This document shows, piece after piece, positions 1 through 13,171 of a DNA stretch of 64,000 nt (position 1 is its first letter; each line of letters starts with the position of its first letter). The notes under the pieces were generated by a model. That model saw only the letters and a program-made list of their open reading frames with translations. It made no database searches and was not told the DNA's origin. Origin of the DNA: Lama guanicoe. Its lineage: Eukaryota. Where the stretch lies: positions 372,001-436,000 of the forward strand of contig MU054033.1 in the NCBI GenBank assembly GCA_013239625.1, given 5' to 3'. Both the position numbers and the translations under genes were made by a program.

Positions 1-1018
1 TAGGAGGGAGGTGCCGTGCCCACGCCTCTCGCAAAGGAGAGGAAACAGATTCAGAGAGAAAAAAGAGAAAGGGGAGGACTGGGAGCCCTAGCCTGCCCCT
101 GCCCCCACCCCCAGCCCGTGCAAGCCCTGGAAGGAGGGAAGGGGCGAAGACCTCGTTGGAGGACGTTCACCGTTGCTCTTATTTCCTTTATGTGGTCGCC
201 AGGAGCGAACCACCGAGCAGCCTAGCGGAGCTCACAGCTCGCTTTGGACGGTGCAGTCTGAGGAGCCGTGTGGCCCCATGGCCCCGACGTCCACCCCTTT
301 GGCCAGGGCTCCTCCTGCTGTGGGAGGAAGAGGGTGGGGAGTGGAGGGGGACACCCGGGAGCTGGGGGCTGGGGTTTTGGGGGGACCATGTGGTGCGTTA
401 GATGGGCATGGGGGGGGCGGTGAGGGAGGGTGTCCCAGACATTCCTGCCCTTGTACGTAATTTCTATGTCATTTTAAAGAACGAACCCTAGAGAATATTG
501 GATGAACTGGGATCCAACTTAAGCCGACAGGATTTGAAGTGTAAGTTTCCGTAGTTTGCACCAAGGCCAGGCTAAACAGCTCTGAACTCTGCCTCTCCCA
601 TGGCGAGGGGCTAGTGGGAGGAAAAGCCATAGACGGACCTTCCCTATAAAGTTGAAGAGGGAGCAGGGGCCCTTCCTAATTCACCCACCAACTCAGGAAG
701 CTGTTTAGGCTGCCGGGAAGGCCACAGCCAGCCGCGCCCTCGTGCAGCCTCTGCAACCGCATCAGTCAGCTCTAGGACATTTACAGGCCTACCAGGAGAT
801 GGAGCCTCTTCTGCATTAAACCCACGTGCTTGCCAGCGCGAACAGAAGTCATCGTAAGATGATGAGACAAACACTGCGCATTGAACGACACTAATTTTGG
901 TTGTAATAAAACCACAAGTGGTTGTTTGCATTGGGGCATAAGACCTGTGTGATTAACCTGTTAGGTGTGAAATGAAAGGCCTCTGACCATGAAGGCTTCA
1001 CCAAGTATCTGGGCCTGA

Positions 1019-1329
1019 GTTATGTACAAACCAGAAATAGACTCGCAGACGTAGAAAACAAAATACGGTTACCAAAGGGGAAAGGGGGGAGGGGAGAGGG
1101 GTAAATTAGGAGTTTGGGATTAACAGATACACACTACTGTAGATAAAATAAGTAAACAACAAGGTCCTACTGTATAGCACAGGGAACTATATTCAATATC
1201 TTATAATAACCTCTAATGGAAAGGAATCTGAAAAAGAATATGTGTATGTGTATGTATAACGGAATCACTTTGCTGTATCCCTGAAACTAACACAACATTT
1301 GTAAATCACCGATGCTTCAAAAAAATAAA
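1019..1329 (+). mobile_element. 5'-truncated LINE-1 3' UTR (artiodactyl type) with TSD
   Basis: Typical L1 3' end (gaaatagactcgcagac...ggttaccaaagggg...agcacagggaactatattcaatatc...cttcaa + A tail). Flanked by aagtatctgggcctga (1003-1018) and aaatatctgggtctga (1330-1345). Confidence 0.92.
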
Positions 1330-1944
1330 AAATATCTGGGTCTGATATGTTGCCCAAAGATTTTTAATCACTGTCACATGAGGCCGTGGTTAGTTACTAA
1401 ACTTAGTTACTAAGGAGTCCAAGTGATAGTGTTGAGTTAGCTTTAAACCCATCGTCAGCGGACTTAACCCAGAGCACTTTTAAAGCCTTCAGCTCTGACC
1501 ACTGATGGACTTCTGACCACGTCTTTTCCAGAACTGCGGCTTAGCACTCCTCCCTCAGGGAGACGACCCAGATGGTTCTGTCTCAGAAATGCTTGATGGG
1601 GTACCAACAGCCATGCCTTTATCTACCATGTTGAAAGGGAAAGTAAAGACGGCGTCATCCACATTTAGCTCATATTTAGCAAGGGTCCTGTCGATACGGA
1701 TGGATTAAAATCCGATACAAGCTTAATTATGTGGCCCAAAGGCTAAACAGACCTCATTTCCTTCTGTTCCTTTACCTCAAGAGATCTTCCCTACATGCTT
1801 ATTAGGGTATCAGAGGAAACACCTTCTTAAAGCTCATGAGTGGGGCAGTGGAAATGCAGTGAATACTTAAAAGCCTTTCTTCCATCGCTTTTCTGGGAGC
1901 ATACAGAGACCTACAGAGAGAGAACTACTTTATTACACGTCAAA

Positions 1945-2103
1945 TATTTTTTATGTGTATCTATTTTATTATTTGTTTTTATTTGGGAGGAGGAGGTAAT
2001 GAGGTTTATTTACGTATTTATTTTTAGAGGAGGTGCTGGGGATTGAACCCAGGACCCGCGCATGCTAAGTACGCGCTCCACCACTTGAGCTATACCCTCC
2101 CCC
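1945..2103 (-). mobile_element. tRNA-Ala-derived camelid SINE (Vic-1 type)
   Basis: Reverse complement reads GGGGGAGGGTATAGCTCAAGTGGTGGAGCGCGTACTTAGCATGCGCGGGTCCTGGGTTCAATCCCCAGCACCTCC, with pol III A and B boxes, then an AT-rich tail. Confidence 0.9.
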
Positions 2104-2691
2104 GGTAAAGGTATATTTAATAATGAGCCAGGTGACTGCGCTAGATAATAAGGATGCAGTGGCCACACAGGGACTATGTTTTCTGGAGCTCAGCCTCGCA
2201 GGGGGACAGGCCATCAGTGTGCACAGGGTGGGGGAAAGTTAGTGACAGAGGGAGCTTTGAGGGGCCTGGGGGACAAAAAGAGACAAGTTATCTCGCGTGA
2301 GAACTGGGCTCCATAGAGGAGCAGGAGTCATGCAGGACAGGGCGGGAGAGCCTGCAGGCAAAGCCTCCAAGGGGTGGGGGGAAGGGGATGAGCGTGGCTG
2401 TGGCGCAGCAGCAAGAAGGCACGTCTGGAGGAGGCGGCAGAGAGACGTCGAAGCCAGGAGAGTCAGGGCCAGACGTGGGCTGTGACCCGCAGCCGTGGGG
2501 AGAGTCACTGAGGCTCGCTGCCCTGGTCACACCCACGCAGAAGGAGCCCGGAGGCCTTCCTGAAGATGTCCTCCAGGGGACCACTGCCACTTCCCGGGTC
2601 TGCCTGATCTCTTGCTTTACACTTTGTTCTTTGACTCTAACTTAAAGTCACAGAAGAAAAGGTTTGCTGCATCCTCCCGAAGGCGGTGGGC

Positions 2692-3078
2692 GTGATTCCA
2701 TTTGTCCGTCAGCTGAGGCCAGAGCGTCCCAGCCGCCGGCTTAGGTGACAGGCATCTACTTCTCTCAGCTCTGGAGGCTGGAAGCCTGAGATCAAGGTGC
2801 CGGCAGGGCTGGCTGCTCTGGAGGCCTCTCTCCGTGGCTCGCAGACGGCTGTCTCCTCCCGTCTTCACATGGCCTTCCCTCTGTGCCCGTTTGGGTCCTG
2901 ATTTCCTCTCCTTACAAGGGCACCAGCCATACTGGATTTGGACCGACCCTGATGGCCTCATTCTAACTTAATTACCTCAGGAGAGACCCTGTCTCCAAAC
3001 ACAGTCCCATTCTGAGCTGCCAGGGGTTTTGACGTCAACATATGAGTTAGGTTGGGGGAAGCAGATCAGCCCATGACA
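2692..3078 (-). mobile_element. MaLR LTR (MLT1B-like)
   Basis: ctggaggctggaagcctgagatcaaggtgccggcagggctgg...ggcctcattctaacttaattacctc...tctccaaacacagtcccattctgag...cagcccatgaca follows the MLT1 consensus. Confidence 0.85.
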
Positions 3079-4207
3079 CCCACCTACCTAAAACGCGTTT
3101 CCCCAGATGTTACTGCAAAAGAATTTTGAAGCAAACCGGCCAACTAATTTTCTCTTAAAACTTTGGGAGCTCAGCCAGTCACATTTAATTACACCCATTT
3201 ACCAGCAAGTAAGTGCATCTGCTCACCATGTGGCCCTCTGGAGAAGTGCCTGTTGTCACCACGTCTATGGCTCCCTCCTCCTCCCCCAGCATCCTTCCCC
3301 CTTCAACGCCCCGCCCCCACCCCGCCATCAAATCCTTTTATCTTCTTCCAGTGAGGGAAAATGAGGACTCTTCTAGGCATGTTTACATTCTGTCTTTAAA
3401 CAAAAAGGAGTGGAATTAAGCGCTGTAGAGTCAGGCCACGTTACACATCAGTGTGAAACGAAGACTTTCTCTGTAGACGTTGCTCCACCTGTGCCCACCT
3501 CCCCGGGACTCTCCACCTGCCGGAAATGGGATGTGTGGAGATGGGAAAGACGGACCCATGGTCACCCTGCCGCATTTGTGATCATAAGGATGTTGTTCCC
3601 GAGAGAGCCTTCTGTGCTTTTGGTTGAATTTAAAAGTCCCGCTTTGTCTTAAATACTTCTCCTCTTTCCAGTTTTTCTCTGATTTACATCATTCTCTCTT
3701 GCATAAAAATTACTCTCCAGACAGAGATTCCTCATTCTGACGTCTGTCCAAAACTGTTTCTTCTGCAACTTGCAGGCAGACTGCTTGTTTTAATACCACC
3801 GCCTCCTTCTTCCTGCTGTCACATCCTTGCAGAAAAGGCAAGTGAGCAGAAAACATTCCTCCTGGGAGCCCAGGAGATGCAGCAGAATTCTCTGCTGAGT
3901 GATTGGCTCTATTTATGTAACCGAAAGAAAATAAACACAGACTCGTGCTACAACCAAGAAACGCCAGTTTGCTCTATTCTGTAAAAAGTCTCGGTCTGCC
4001 TTCTCAAGAAGGAGAGGCAGCTTCAGCAAGAGTTGAGAGATTCTTTACCAGCAGGGCCATTCCATGCAATGATTGGCTTAAAGTCTTCTCATTTAGAAGC
4101 AAAGGTGAGAAAGTCTAGACCAAATGACTCAGTTAGCACAATGTGTGCTTTCAGGAGTTCATACTCTACTGTTATGGTGGAAAATTGGGAAAAACTGAAT
4201 TTTCTAT

Positions 4208-4841
4208 TGAGGCAGGAAGGGGGCAGGGCACAGCCATTCAAGGAATAACACAGCAGTTAACACCAGAACGTGGAAGATTCAACCCCAGGAGGCCTTGAGG
4301 CTCAAGATGGTGGGAGATTTGACTTCTAGTAGACCTTGAGCTTCATTATACCCCCATTGTAATACATTAGTATGGTGAATAACACGCCCACGGGCACCAT
4401 GGCAGTCCCAAGGCTGGCCACAAAAGGTCAAAGAGTGGGAAACGGCCAACTTCCTGGGAATCTGAGCCCCTTCCCCAGGCTACTTAGACTGGTCCTTCCA
4501 CTTATTAGCATATGAAGCCACCAAGCCCATAAAAACTGGCGACACTGCCTCCCAGGACAGCCCTCTCTCTCTCCCCCTTTGGAGACAGCCCACACTCTGT
4601 CTATGGAGTGTGTACCTACTTTTACTCTAATCTGAGCACCCAACCCCCACACCTCGTGGCCTTTCTCTTGCCTTTCCATGTATCTCTCTAAATAAATCTG
4701 TCTTCACTCAACTGTGACTCGCTCTTGAAATCTTTCCTGCGCGAAGCCAAGGACCCACACTTGGCGGGGCACGTCCCAGGGACTCAACTGAAGCCTGGGA
4801 CACGGCCCTCCTCATGTCCCACATCCATCTTTCCTGCATCA
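4208..4841 (+). mobile_element. ERV1 solo LTR, MER41-like
   Basis: TGAGGCAGGAA...TTCCTGCATCA termini, TATA-like CATAAAAA near 4528, AATAAA at 4691-4696. Colinear with the copies at 54391 and 59746. Confidence 0.85.
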
Positions 4842-5511
4842 CGACCATACAGAAGGGTGATGTGGTGGGAAAAAAGTCACTGGTGAGGAAAAATACTGAG
4901 GCAGAACTGTGTGATTAACCTGCAATGTATGAAATGGAAGAAAACTCTGTTCTTGGAATCTGAAGTATCCAGGGCTGACTGGTTAACCTAAGATGTTTAA
5001 CAGCTCTGATATGAGACCGTGGATTATTTCCAGTTGAGTTGCTGAACATAATAAATGATTCTGTCATGGAGTCACTTTATGTTCAATGTCACCCCAATGG
5101 GAATTCTGAGAAAGAATTCAACAAGTGTCTCCCAAACATTTCCTGAAAGAACAAAACATAATAGCCAATATAATTGTGAAAAGGAAGGGAAAATGGAGAC
5201 TGCTTTTCCTTACCAGAAGCAAAACATACGACAGAGACATTTTCATCTGGGAAATGGAGTATATGTGCGTTTCCTTATTCCTCACCACAAGTACAATGAG
5301 AAACCCTGGAAATGGTATGTGAAACAACCAGAACAATATTCTGCTTGGCTGAGAGAAGAAGGCAGATGGCTTAGGGACCTTGGGACTGAAGGGATGACGT
5401 GATAATGAGTTCCTGGTTTCCCTTTTGCCTCACAGATGCTCATACTGAATATTGGAGAAGCCGGCAACCTGTAAACACCAATGTGCACAGGACAGAAAAG
5501 AGTCCTCAAAA

Positions 5512-6238
5512 TGTAATTTGGTGCAGTCACTATGAAAAGCAGTGCAGACATTCCTTGAAAAACTAAAAGAGTTACCACATGATCCAGCAATCCCACTCCT
5601 GGGCATATATTTGGAGAAAAACTCTAATTTGAAAAGACACATGCACCCCAATGCTCATAGGAGCACTATTTACAATAGTCAAGGCATGGAAGCAAGCTAG
5701 ATGTCCATCAACAGACGACTGGATAAAGAAGATGTGATGTATATATATATGTATACACAACAGAATACTACTCAGCCATAAAAAATGTAATAATGGCATT
5801 TGCAGCAACATGGATGGACCTAGAGATTGTGATACTAAGTGAAATAAACTAGACAGAGAAAGACAAATATCAAATGATATCACTTATATGTGGAATCTAA
5901 GAAATAATACACATAAACTTATTTACAAAGCAGAAATAGACTCACAGATGTAGAAAATAAACTTATGTTTACCAAAGGGGAAAGGTGGGGAGAGATAAAT
6001 TAGGAATTTGGGATTAACATGCACACACTACTATACATTAAATAGATAAGCAACAAGGTCTTACTATATAGCCCAGGGATCTATATTCAATAGCTTATAA
6101 TAACCTATAATGAAAAAGATTATCAAAAATAATATATAGATATATAACTAAATCACTATGCTATAACCAGAAACCAATGCAACATTGTAAATCAATTATA
6201 CTTCAATTAAAAAATTTTAAAAATAAATTAAAAAAAAG
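5512..6238 (+). mobile_element. Younger 5'-truncated L1 (ORF2 C-terminus + 3' UTR) nested in the older L1 5' region
   Basis: gatccagcaatcccactcctgggcatata...gcagcaacatggatggacctagaga...tacttcaattaaaaa followed by an A tail. Confidence 0.92.
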
Positions 6239-9200
6239 ATTTCCCCACAAAATCTGCTCCCTCCAGTCAAAGAACCAAGAAAGTAGCAGCCTAGCAAGCC
6301 AGAAAACTTTCAGACAATAACTGCTCTGTTCAAGTCAAACGCTACAGAAAATTCTGTGGCCCCACCTCCACACTCACAGCTGGCCAAATGGGGAGACTAG
6401 ACCTCCGTCCTTGACAGCTGCTCCAGCTTTCCACTGGGGGGGGGTGTCAGGGAAGGCAGAGTGAGGAATTGGGACTTTCATTCACCTTGGATGGTGGAAA
6501 GCCCTTCTCCCAAATTCTGTGCTGTCAGTGGAGATCACATGGGAGGTTGGACTCCCCCCCCCACTCAAGGCGCACCTCTCCCTTCTTGCAGGGGTGATGT
6601 CAGAGGAGATCTAGTGGGGAACCAGGACTCTCACCCCCCACCTGCAGTCAAAAGGCCACCTGCCCAGCTGTGTCATGGAGGTCTTCTCCCAGCCAGGATG
6701 GTATCAGTAGGGATCTAGCTGGAAGCCTGAATTTCTACCGCTGTCCAACCACCCAACAGTACCTAAAGACCCATCCTCTCCCAAAGTCAACGGAGACAAA
6801 CTGGAGAACATAGACTTCCACCTTGTCTGGCAATAACAAGGTAATACGTCACCTCCACTTCACTCACCAGAGTAGTATCACAGAGACCTGCTAAGACACA
6901 GTTTTAAATGAGATGTCTCACAATATAATACTCACAAGGTCCAGGTCTCAGTTAAAACCACTTGACATACGAGAACCAGGAAGGTCTTGAATGAAAAAGA
7001 AGAACAGATAAAACTGAATGGAGAGACAAGTCCACATTTACAGTTGGGCTCGTCAACACTCCTCTCTCAAAAACTGAAAAAACTGGATATAAAAAGAGGA
7101 AAGATATAGAAGAACTCAATAGTGTCATCAATAAATTGGACCTAATCAGCATTTATAGAACACTCTACCGAACAACAGTAGAATATAATACCTTCTTTTC
7201 AAGAAGCCGCAGAACATATTTCTAGATAGATCCTATTCTTGGCCATAATGTAGACTCAACAAATTTAAAAGAATTGAAATCAGGTAGTGTATGCTCTATG
7301 ACCATCATAGGATTAAAGTAGAAATAAACAGCAGAAAGATAACTGGAAATTATCTTTTGGAAGTACTTTTCTCCAAGTGTGTGGAGAGATGTTTGAAACA
7401 TAAACAATACATTTCTAAATAATCCATGGGTCAAAGCAGGAGTCTCAGAGAAATTTTAAAAAAATACACTAAACTGAGGGAAAATGAAATCACATCAACA
7501 TTTGTTGAACACAACTAAAGCAGTGCTAAGAGGGGAATTTTAGCACTGCATGTTTACATAAGAAATGAGTAAAATTCTCAAATGAATAACATAAGCTGCA
7601 ATCATAAGAAACTAAAAAAAGAAGAGCAAAATAAACCCAAAGCAAGCAGAAGGAAGGAAATAATAAAGATAAAAGAAGAAAGCAATAAAATTGTGAACAG
7701 AAAAACAGCAGAGAAAGTCAATGAGACAAAGGCTGCTTCTTGGAAAAGATCAATAAACCTCTAGCAAAACTGACAAATACACAAATTATCGATACCAGGA
7801 AGAAAACAGGGTTTCATGACAGACCCTACAGACATCAAAGGGTGATAAGGAAACACCATGAACAACTGCACACACTTAAATTTGAGAACCTAGATGAAAT
7901 GGACCAACTCCTCTAAAGGTGAACTGCCACAATTCACCTAATATGAAACAGATAATTGAATGACCGTTTAACAATTGACAATTGAATTTGTAATTAAAAA
8001 GCTCCTGAAAAAGAAATCTCCAAGCCCAGGTGGTTTCACTGAAAGATTTCACCCAGTGTTTAAAGAAGAATTATCACCAATTCCACATAAATCTTCCAGA
8101 AAAATAGAAGAAAAGGAAACTCTTCTTTCTCATCCTATGAAGCAAGCATTATTCTAATAGCAAAACCACAGATAGTACCAAAACAAACAAACAAACAAAA
8201 ACTATAGACCAGCATCTTCATGAAGATGCAGAAATTCTTAATGAAATGTTTAATGATAGAACTCACCATTATTTAAAAAGAATTACACAGCATGTCTAAT
8301 GTACGCAAGACTCGTTCAATAATCAAAAATCAATGTAATCCACTGTATTTACAGGTTAAAGCAGAAAAATTACATGATCATATCAATAGATGAAGAAAAA
8401 CATTTGAATAATTCAGCCTGCATCGTGAAAAAAAAAACTCTTGGAAAACTAAGAATAGAGAGGAACTTCATCAACTTGATGAAGAACATGTACAAAAAGC
8501 CCATGGCTAAAATCATACCTCATGGTGAAACGCTGAATGTTTTGGCTCTACGGTCAGGAACAAGGCCAGGATGCCCACTCTTAGTACTGGAAGTGCTAAA
8601 CAATGTAATAAGGTAAGAAAAGGAAATAAAAGTTGTATAGATTAGAAAGGAAGATGTAAAACTGCTTCTGTTTGTAAATGACACGATAGTCTGTGTAGAG
8701 AATCCCAAGGGAAACCAAACAAACAAACAAATAAGTTCCCAAACTCATAGAACAAATAAATGAGTTCAGTAAGGTTGAAAGATAGAAGGTCACCATACAA
8801 AGATCTGTTTCATTTTTATATACTAGCAATGAACACGTGGAAACTGAAATTTCAAACAGTACACCACTTACAGTTGCTGAAAGAATGAGGAAATACTTGG
8901 GTGTAAATTTAAGAAAACATGAATGGGACTCATGGGTTGAGATCGCAAAAGGTTTACTGAATGTCTAAATAAGTGGAAGACTCAACATAGTAAGGATGTT
9001 AATTCTCCCCAGGTTGATACATGGGTTTAGCACAAAATCCTAGAAATATTTTTTCATGGCTGTAGACCAGATTATTCCAAAATCTATGTGGAGAAGCAAG
9101 GAAGTTGAACAACTAAACAATTCTGAAAAAGGAGGATAAAGTGGGAGCCATCACTCAACCCAGTTTCAAGACTTACAATGAACTATGGCAGAACGTGAAT

Positions 9201-9560
9201 CAGTGGAGCAAAATAGTGGACCTTTAAATAGTCCCACAATTATGGTCCTATTTTTGACAGAGTTGCTAAAGTAATTTGATGAACAAAGTATAGTCTTTTC
9301 AACAGACAGTGGGGAGCAACTGAATATCCACCGGCAAAAAAAAAATGTAAAAAGAGCCTCAACCTAACCAACCGTCACAGCTCACGCAAAAATTCACTCA
9401 AAATGGATCACAGATTTAAAAATAAAGCATAAAATCCTGCTAAAAGTGTGGAAAGATGAAAGTGTGCGGTGAAACATTTGCAAGCCACATATCTGATAAA
9501 GGACTCGTCTAGAATAATAAAGAATTACCAGAATCCAAACTTTAAAAAATAATCTGATTA

Positions 9561-9646
9561 GGGGAGGGCAGAGCTCAGTGGTAGAGCGTGTGCTTAGCAT
9601 GCAAGAGGTCCTGGGTTCAATCCCCGGCACCTCCATTAAAAAAAAA
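9561..9646 (+). mobile_element. Short Vic-1-type SINE / tRNA-Ala(AGC) retrocopy with TSD
   Basis: GGGGAGGGCAGAGCTCAGTGGTAGAGCGTGTGCTTAGCATGCAAGAGGTCCTGGGTTCAATCCCCGGCACCTCCA plus A tail. TSD aatctgattag at 9551-9561 and 9647-9657. Inserted in L1 ORF2. Confidence 0.92.
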
Positions 9647-10569
9647 AATCTGATTAGAAAATGGGCCATAGGAATGAAGAAGATACAAGGATGGCAAATA
9701 AGCACTCGAAAAAGATTTTCATTAAGGACATACCGATTAAGACCATGATGAGGTATCACTATCTATCCATTAGACAGTTAAAACAAACAACTGTGACACC
9801 CTTACATTCTGGCAAGGAAGCAGAGAAACTACACCTCTCACGCATTGCTGGTGGGAATGCAAACTGGTGCAGCCACCCTGGAAAACAGTTTTGCAGTTTC
9901 TTAAAAAAAAACTAAACATACACTTACCACACAACCCAGCAGCTGCACGCTTGAACATTTACCTCGGATCACCAAAACCTCAAATCCCCAGGAAAACCTG
10001 TATACGATTTCTCACAGCTGCTTTAGTTGTCATGGCCAAAAAGTGGAAACAACTCCAGTGTTCCTTAGTGGTTGACTGGTTAAGCAAACCGTGATCCATT
10101 TGTACATGGAATGGACTATCGATATACATGGTATCTCGGCTGGGTCCCAAGGGCGTTGGGCTGAGCAAAAAGCCACTATCAAAAGCTCACATACTGTATG
10201 ATTCCATTTATACGGCATTCTTGGAATAACAAAATTATAGAGATGGGAAGCAGATTAGTGGTTGCCAGGGGTTAGAGATGATGGGGTGGGAGTGGGCGGT
10301 GGGTGTGACTATAAAGGAAGATTTTTTGTGATGATGGAATACTTTTGTATCTTAATTACAATTGTAGTCACACAGATTTGCACAGAGGATAAAATGACAT
10401 GAAACTATGCATGCACACTGTGTGTAATGTCAACTTCCTGCTGGTCCTGTGCTATGATTATGTAAGATGTAACCACGGGGAGAAATGGAAAGGATACGTG
10501 GGCCCCTTCTCTACTATTTTTGTTTCTTCTTATGATCTACAATTATAGACTTTAAAAGCTCCAAAAATA

Positions 10570-11745
10570 ACAAAATATAAAGTTACACTAATTAAAACAG
10601 TGTGGTAGAGACCAAAGGGTCAAAGGACCTGAACAGAGTCCAAAAATTTCAAACAAGTAAATGTGGAAATTTGGTACATGGTAATAGAGGCATTTCACAT
10701 CAGTATGGAAAACAGATTATTTCATTAAGAAAATTGGCAATCCAAAACAAAACAAGTTAGACCTATATGCATAAGTTACAAAAAAGTTCCAGAAAGATTC
10801 AAGAACCAAAATCCTATTTCTCAATGGCAGAAAACATAGATGATTTTTATAATATTCAGGTGGAAATAGTTTTTCTAAGCATGATGTGGAATTCAGAACA
10901 TGAATGATAACAGACTTGATACTTAGAAAGCATGCATTTTCATTCAGTCAGCTATACCATAAATAAAGACTGATGACAAATTTGGAGAATATATTTGTAA
11001 TACAACAGTGAATAATACATAAACTGCTCTTGTTAATGAGAAAGAGAATGTGTAATATGAAAGTAGACCAAGGAAATGAACAGAGAAGAAAAACAAAATC
11101 AAAATCCCAAACAATATCTGGAAAGATGTTTAGCCTTACTAATAATTAACAAAATACAAATGAATATATTAATGAAATGTCATAAAACATTTATCACATT
11201 GGCAATTCATCCTACCTTCTGTTCTGAAGGTTGAGGAAATGGGCCCTGATAGAACATTTCTGGGTAGTGTCACTATTTGGCAATAGCTATAAAAATTTAA
11301 ATATGTTGACCTTTGGGTCCAGCAGTTTAAATGTAGACAATTTATGTCATAAAATTATCTGGGGAAGGGTGTTAGCGTATATGAAGAGGGAGCTGTTTGC
11401 AGCATTGTTTAGAATTGTTCAAAATTAGAACCACATTAGCATCTTTAACTCAGTGATTAATTGGTTCAATATAATGTGGTATTTCCAAATGTTGGACTAC
11501 TGAAAAAAATTTTTTAAATAGTGGTGCAGAACTATATGTACCAAAAAATGTAGAAAGGTAGTAGTTTAAGTGAATCTTGAAGTTTGGAGAATGTGGAGTA
11601 ATTTAAGCTTCTACCACACAATTATATATATACTTCATAGAATATATGTATATGTATTTATATATTCATAGGATAGTTAAAAAAGGATACACAAGAAATT
11701 TCTAGAGGGAATAGTAGGGTAGGGAATTTGGGAAGGCTTCATTCT
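10570..11745 (+). mobile_element. Highly decayed L1ME-type ORF2 3' end / 3' UTR
   Basis: aattaaaacagtgtggta, gaacagagtcc, aagatgtttagccttactaataatt and gcagcattgtttagaattg occur in L1 order. Confidence 0.7.
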
Positions 11746-11762
11746 TTTCTTTGATATACTTT

Positions 11763-11830
11763 TTTTGGTATATATATATTTTATTGACGTACAGTCAATT
11801 TACAGTGTTGTGTCAATTTCTGACAGCGTA
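11763..11830 (-). mobile_element. Very short L1 3' tail insertion with 15-bp TSD
   Basis: ttttattgacgtacagtcaatttacagtgttgtgtcaatttctg, flanked by tctttgatatacttt (11748-11762) and tctttgatacacttt (11831-11845). Confidence 0.88.
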
Positions 11831-12825
11831 TCTTTGATACACTTTGAATTTGTATTAAAGTGATACAGACATGTTGCTTAAAATGTCCAGCAGTGTTACA
11901 GGGTTTATAATGAAACCAGCCTTAGGTATGGATTAAAGGTCTGTGGTTAAAAATAATTTGAGAAGGAAAAATTATCATGAAGAAAACAGAAGACATTGAA
12001 AATGAAAGAGCCAAAAACACGACATGGGCCAATTCATGAATCCACACACAAAGCAGAGATACACGTTTATTTTCTTACTCTGTGATTCTTCTGAGCACCA
12101 CACTGTAAAACCTTCATGGATATTTCCAAAAATATTTCCAAAACCATCTGTATTGACTTAGGAACAAGGCCAGGAATGACCACGGGCAAGATCGTCTACT
12201 TGGTGTATGAAGGACCTTAGTGGGTTGGACAAACAAAATCGCCAGGAGACTGTGCGTTCTCTCAGCTCTTCTGGTAAATGGTAGTAACTTATCATCCTGT
12301 CCTTGGATGGAGACAGGTCAGAATATGACTGTGAAGTCACCAAAATTCCCCCAAGACAGCAAGGGCTGGCTAGACCCTCCACCTTGTTTCCATAGTTTTG
12401 CAAACATATCATCCAAAATGGTGGCATGTGGAATGTTTGGTCCCCAAAACAACATGGTGGGGTAGACCCTCTGCCCTGAATTCCAGAATTCCTGCTTAGT
12501 TCAAATGATTAATCTCCTTTTCCAGTGGTGCTGAGGGCTGCCAAGCATGCAGTTTTTCTCCTGGTATTTTATGACTTTTTCTTACATTAACAAGCAGCAG
12601 TGTTTTCTTTGTGGAATTAAACTCCACAAAAATATCTTTGCAAGCAGATTTGTGTCTTGATAACAATCTGTTGATTAATTTGGCTGCAGAAAGCTGGAGT
12701 GCGTGAATCTCTGGGAAGGCTTCCAGCAGATACACATCAGCGTAATTAAACTCTTCTGGCATTTTACAACTGTCAGGGGTGATGTTTTGCCGTTCTGACA
12801 CCCAATCTGGCTTCAGTATGAAGGG

Positions 12826-12845
12826 GTGTGTGTGTGTGTGTGTGT
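12826..12845. repeat. (GT)n microsatellite
   Basis: About 10 GT units. Confidence 0.9.
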
Positions 12846-13034
12846 CGCAGCAGTTCAAGTGCTGTGTTCGCACTCACCTCCCCACCCCCCAGTTTCTCTG
12901 GTGGGTTCCCCTGAAGGTGCAGAAAGCTCATTTCTGAGGGATACAGGACTTTCTTCGTTCCTCCTCCTTTCCCCAGATAACTTTCTCTGCTTTGTCTGAA
13001 GTGCAATAGCAGGTATAATAATCAGTAGCAAGAG

Positions 13035-13155
13035 AGGCGGAGGGGCAGAGCATGAGCTTTGGAATTAAACGGAGCCGCACTTAAACCCTGGCACTGCTAT
13101 TTGCACATTCTGTGATGGAATCTCAGTTTCCTCCTGTGTCAAATGGAGTAACTAG
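13035..13155 (+). mobile_element. MIR SINE fragment
   Basis: agcatgagctttggaatt...tctcagtttcctcctgtgtcaaatggagtaa resembles the MIR core. Confidence 0.7.
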
Positions 13156-13171
13156 ATTTTAATAGGAGCCC

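Larger units (their letters stand above)
5225..10560 (+). mobile_element. Ancient near-full-length L1MC-type LINE-1 (5' end, ORF1 largely deleted, decayed ORF2, 3' UTR), interrupted by younger inserts
   Basis: ORF2-like peptides with many stops and frameshifts (KKLKKEEQNKPKASRRKEIIKIK, KKSPSPGGFTERF, MIISIDEEK...LRSGTRPGCPL). L1MC-like 3' UTR at about 10150-10560. Confidence 0.88.

Noticed and set aside
9561..9635. Functional tRNA-Ala(AGC) gene
   Set aside because: Has an A tail and TSD, sits inside an L1, and carries the SINE-type 5' GGGGAGGG extension.
7000..9900. Active reverse transcriptase gene
   Set aside because: L1 ORF2 is broken by numerous stops, frameshifts, deletions and a SINE insertion.
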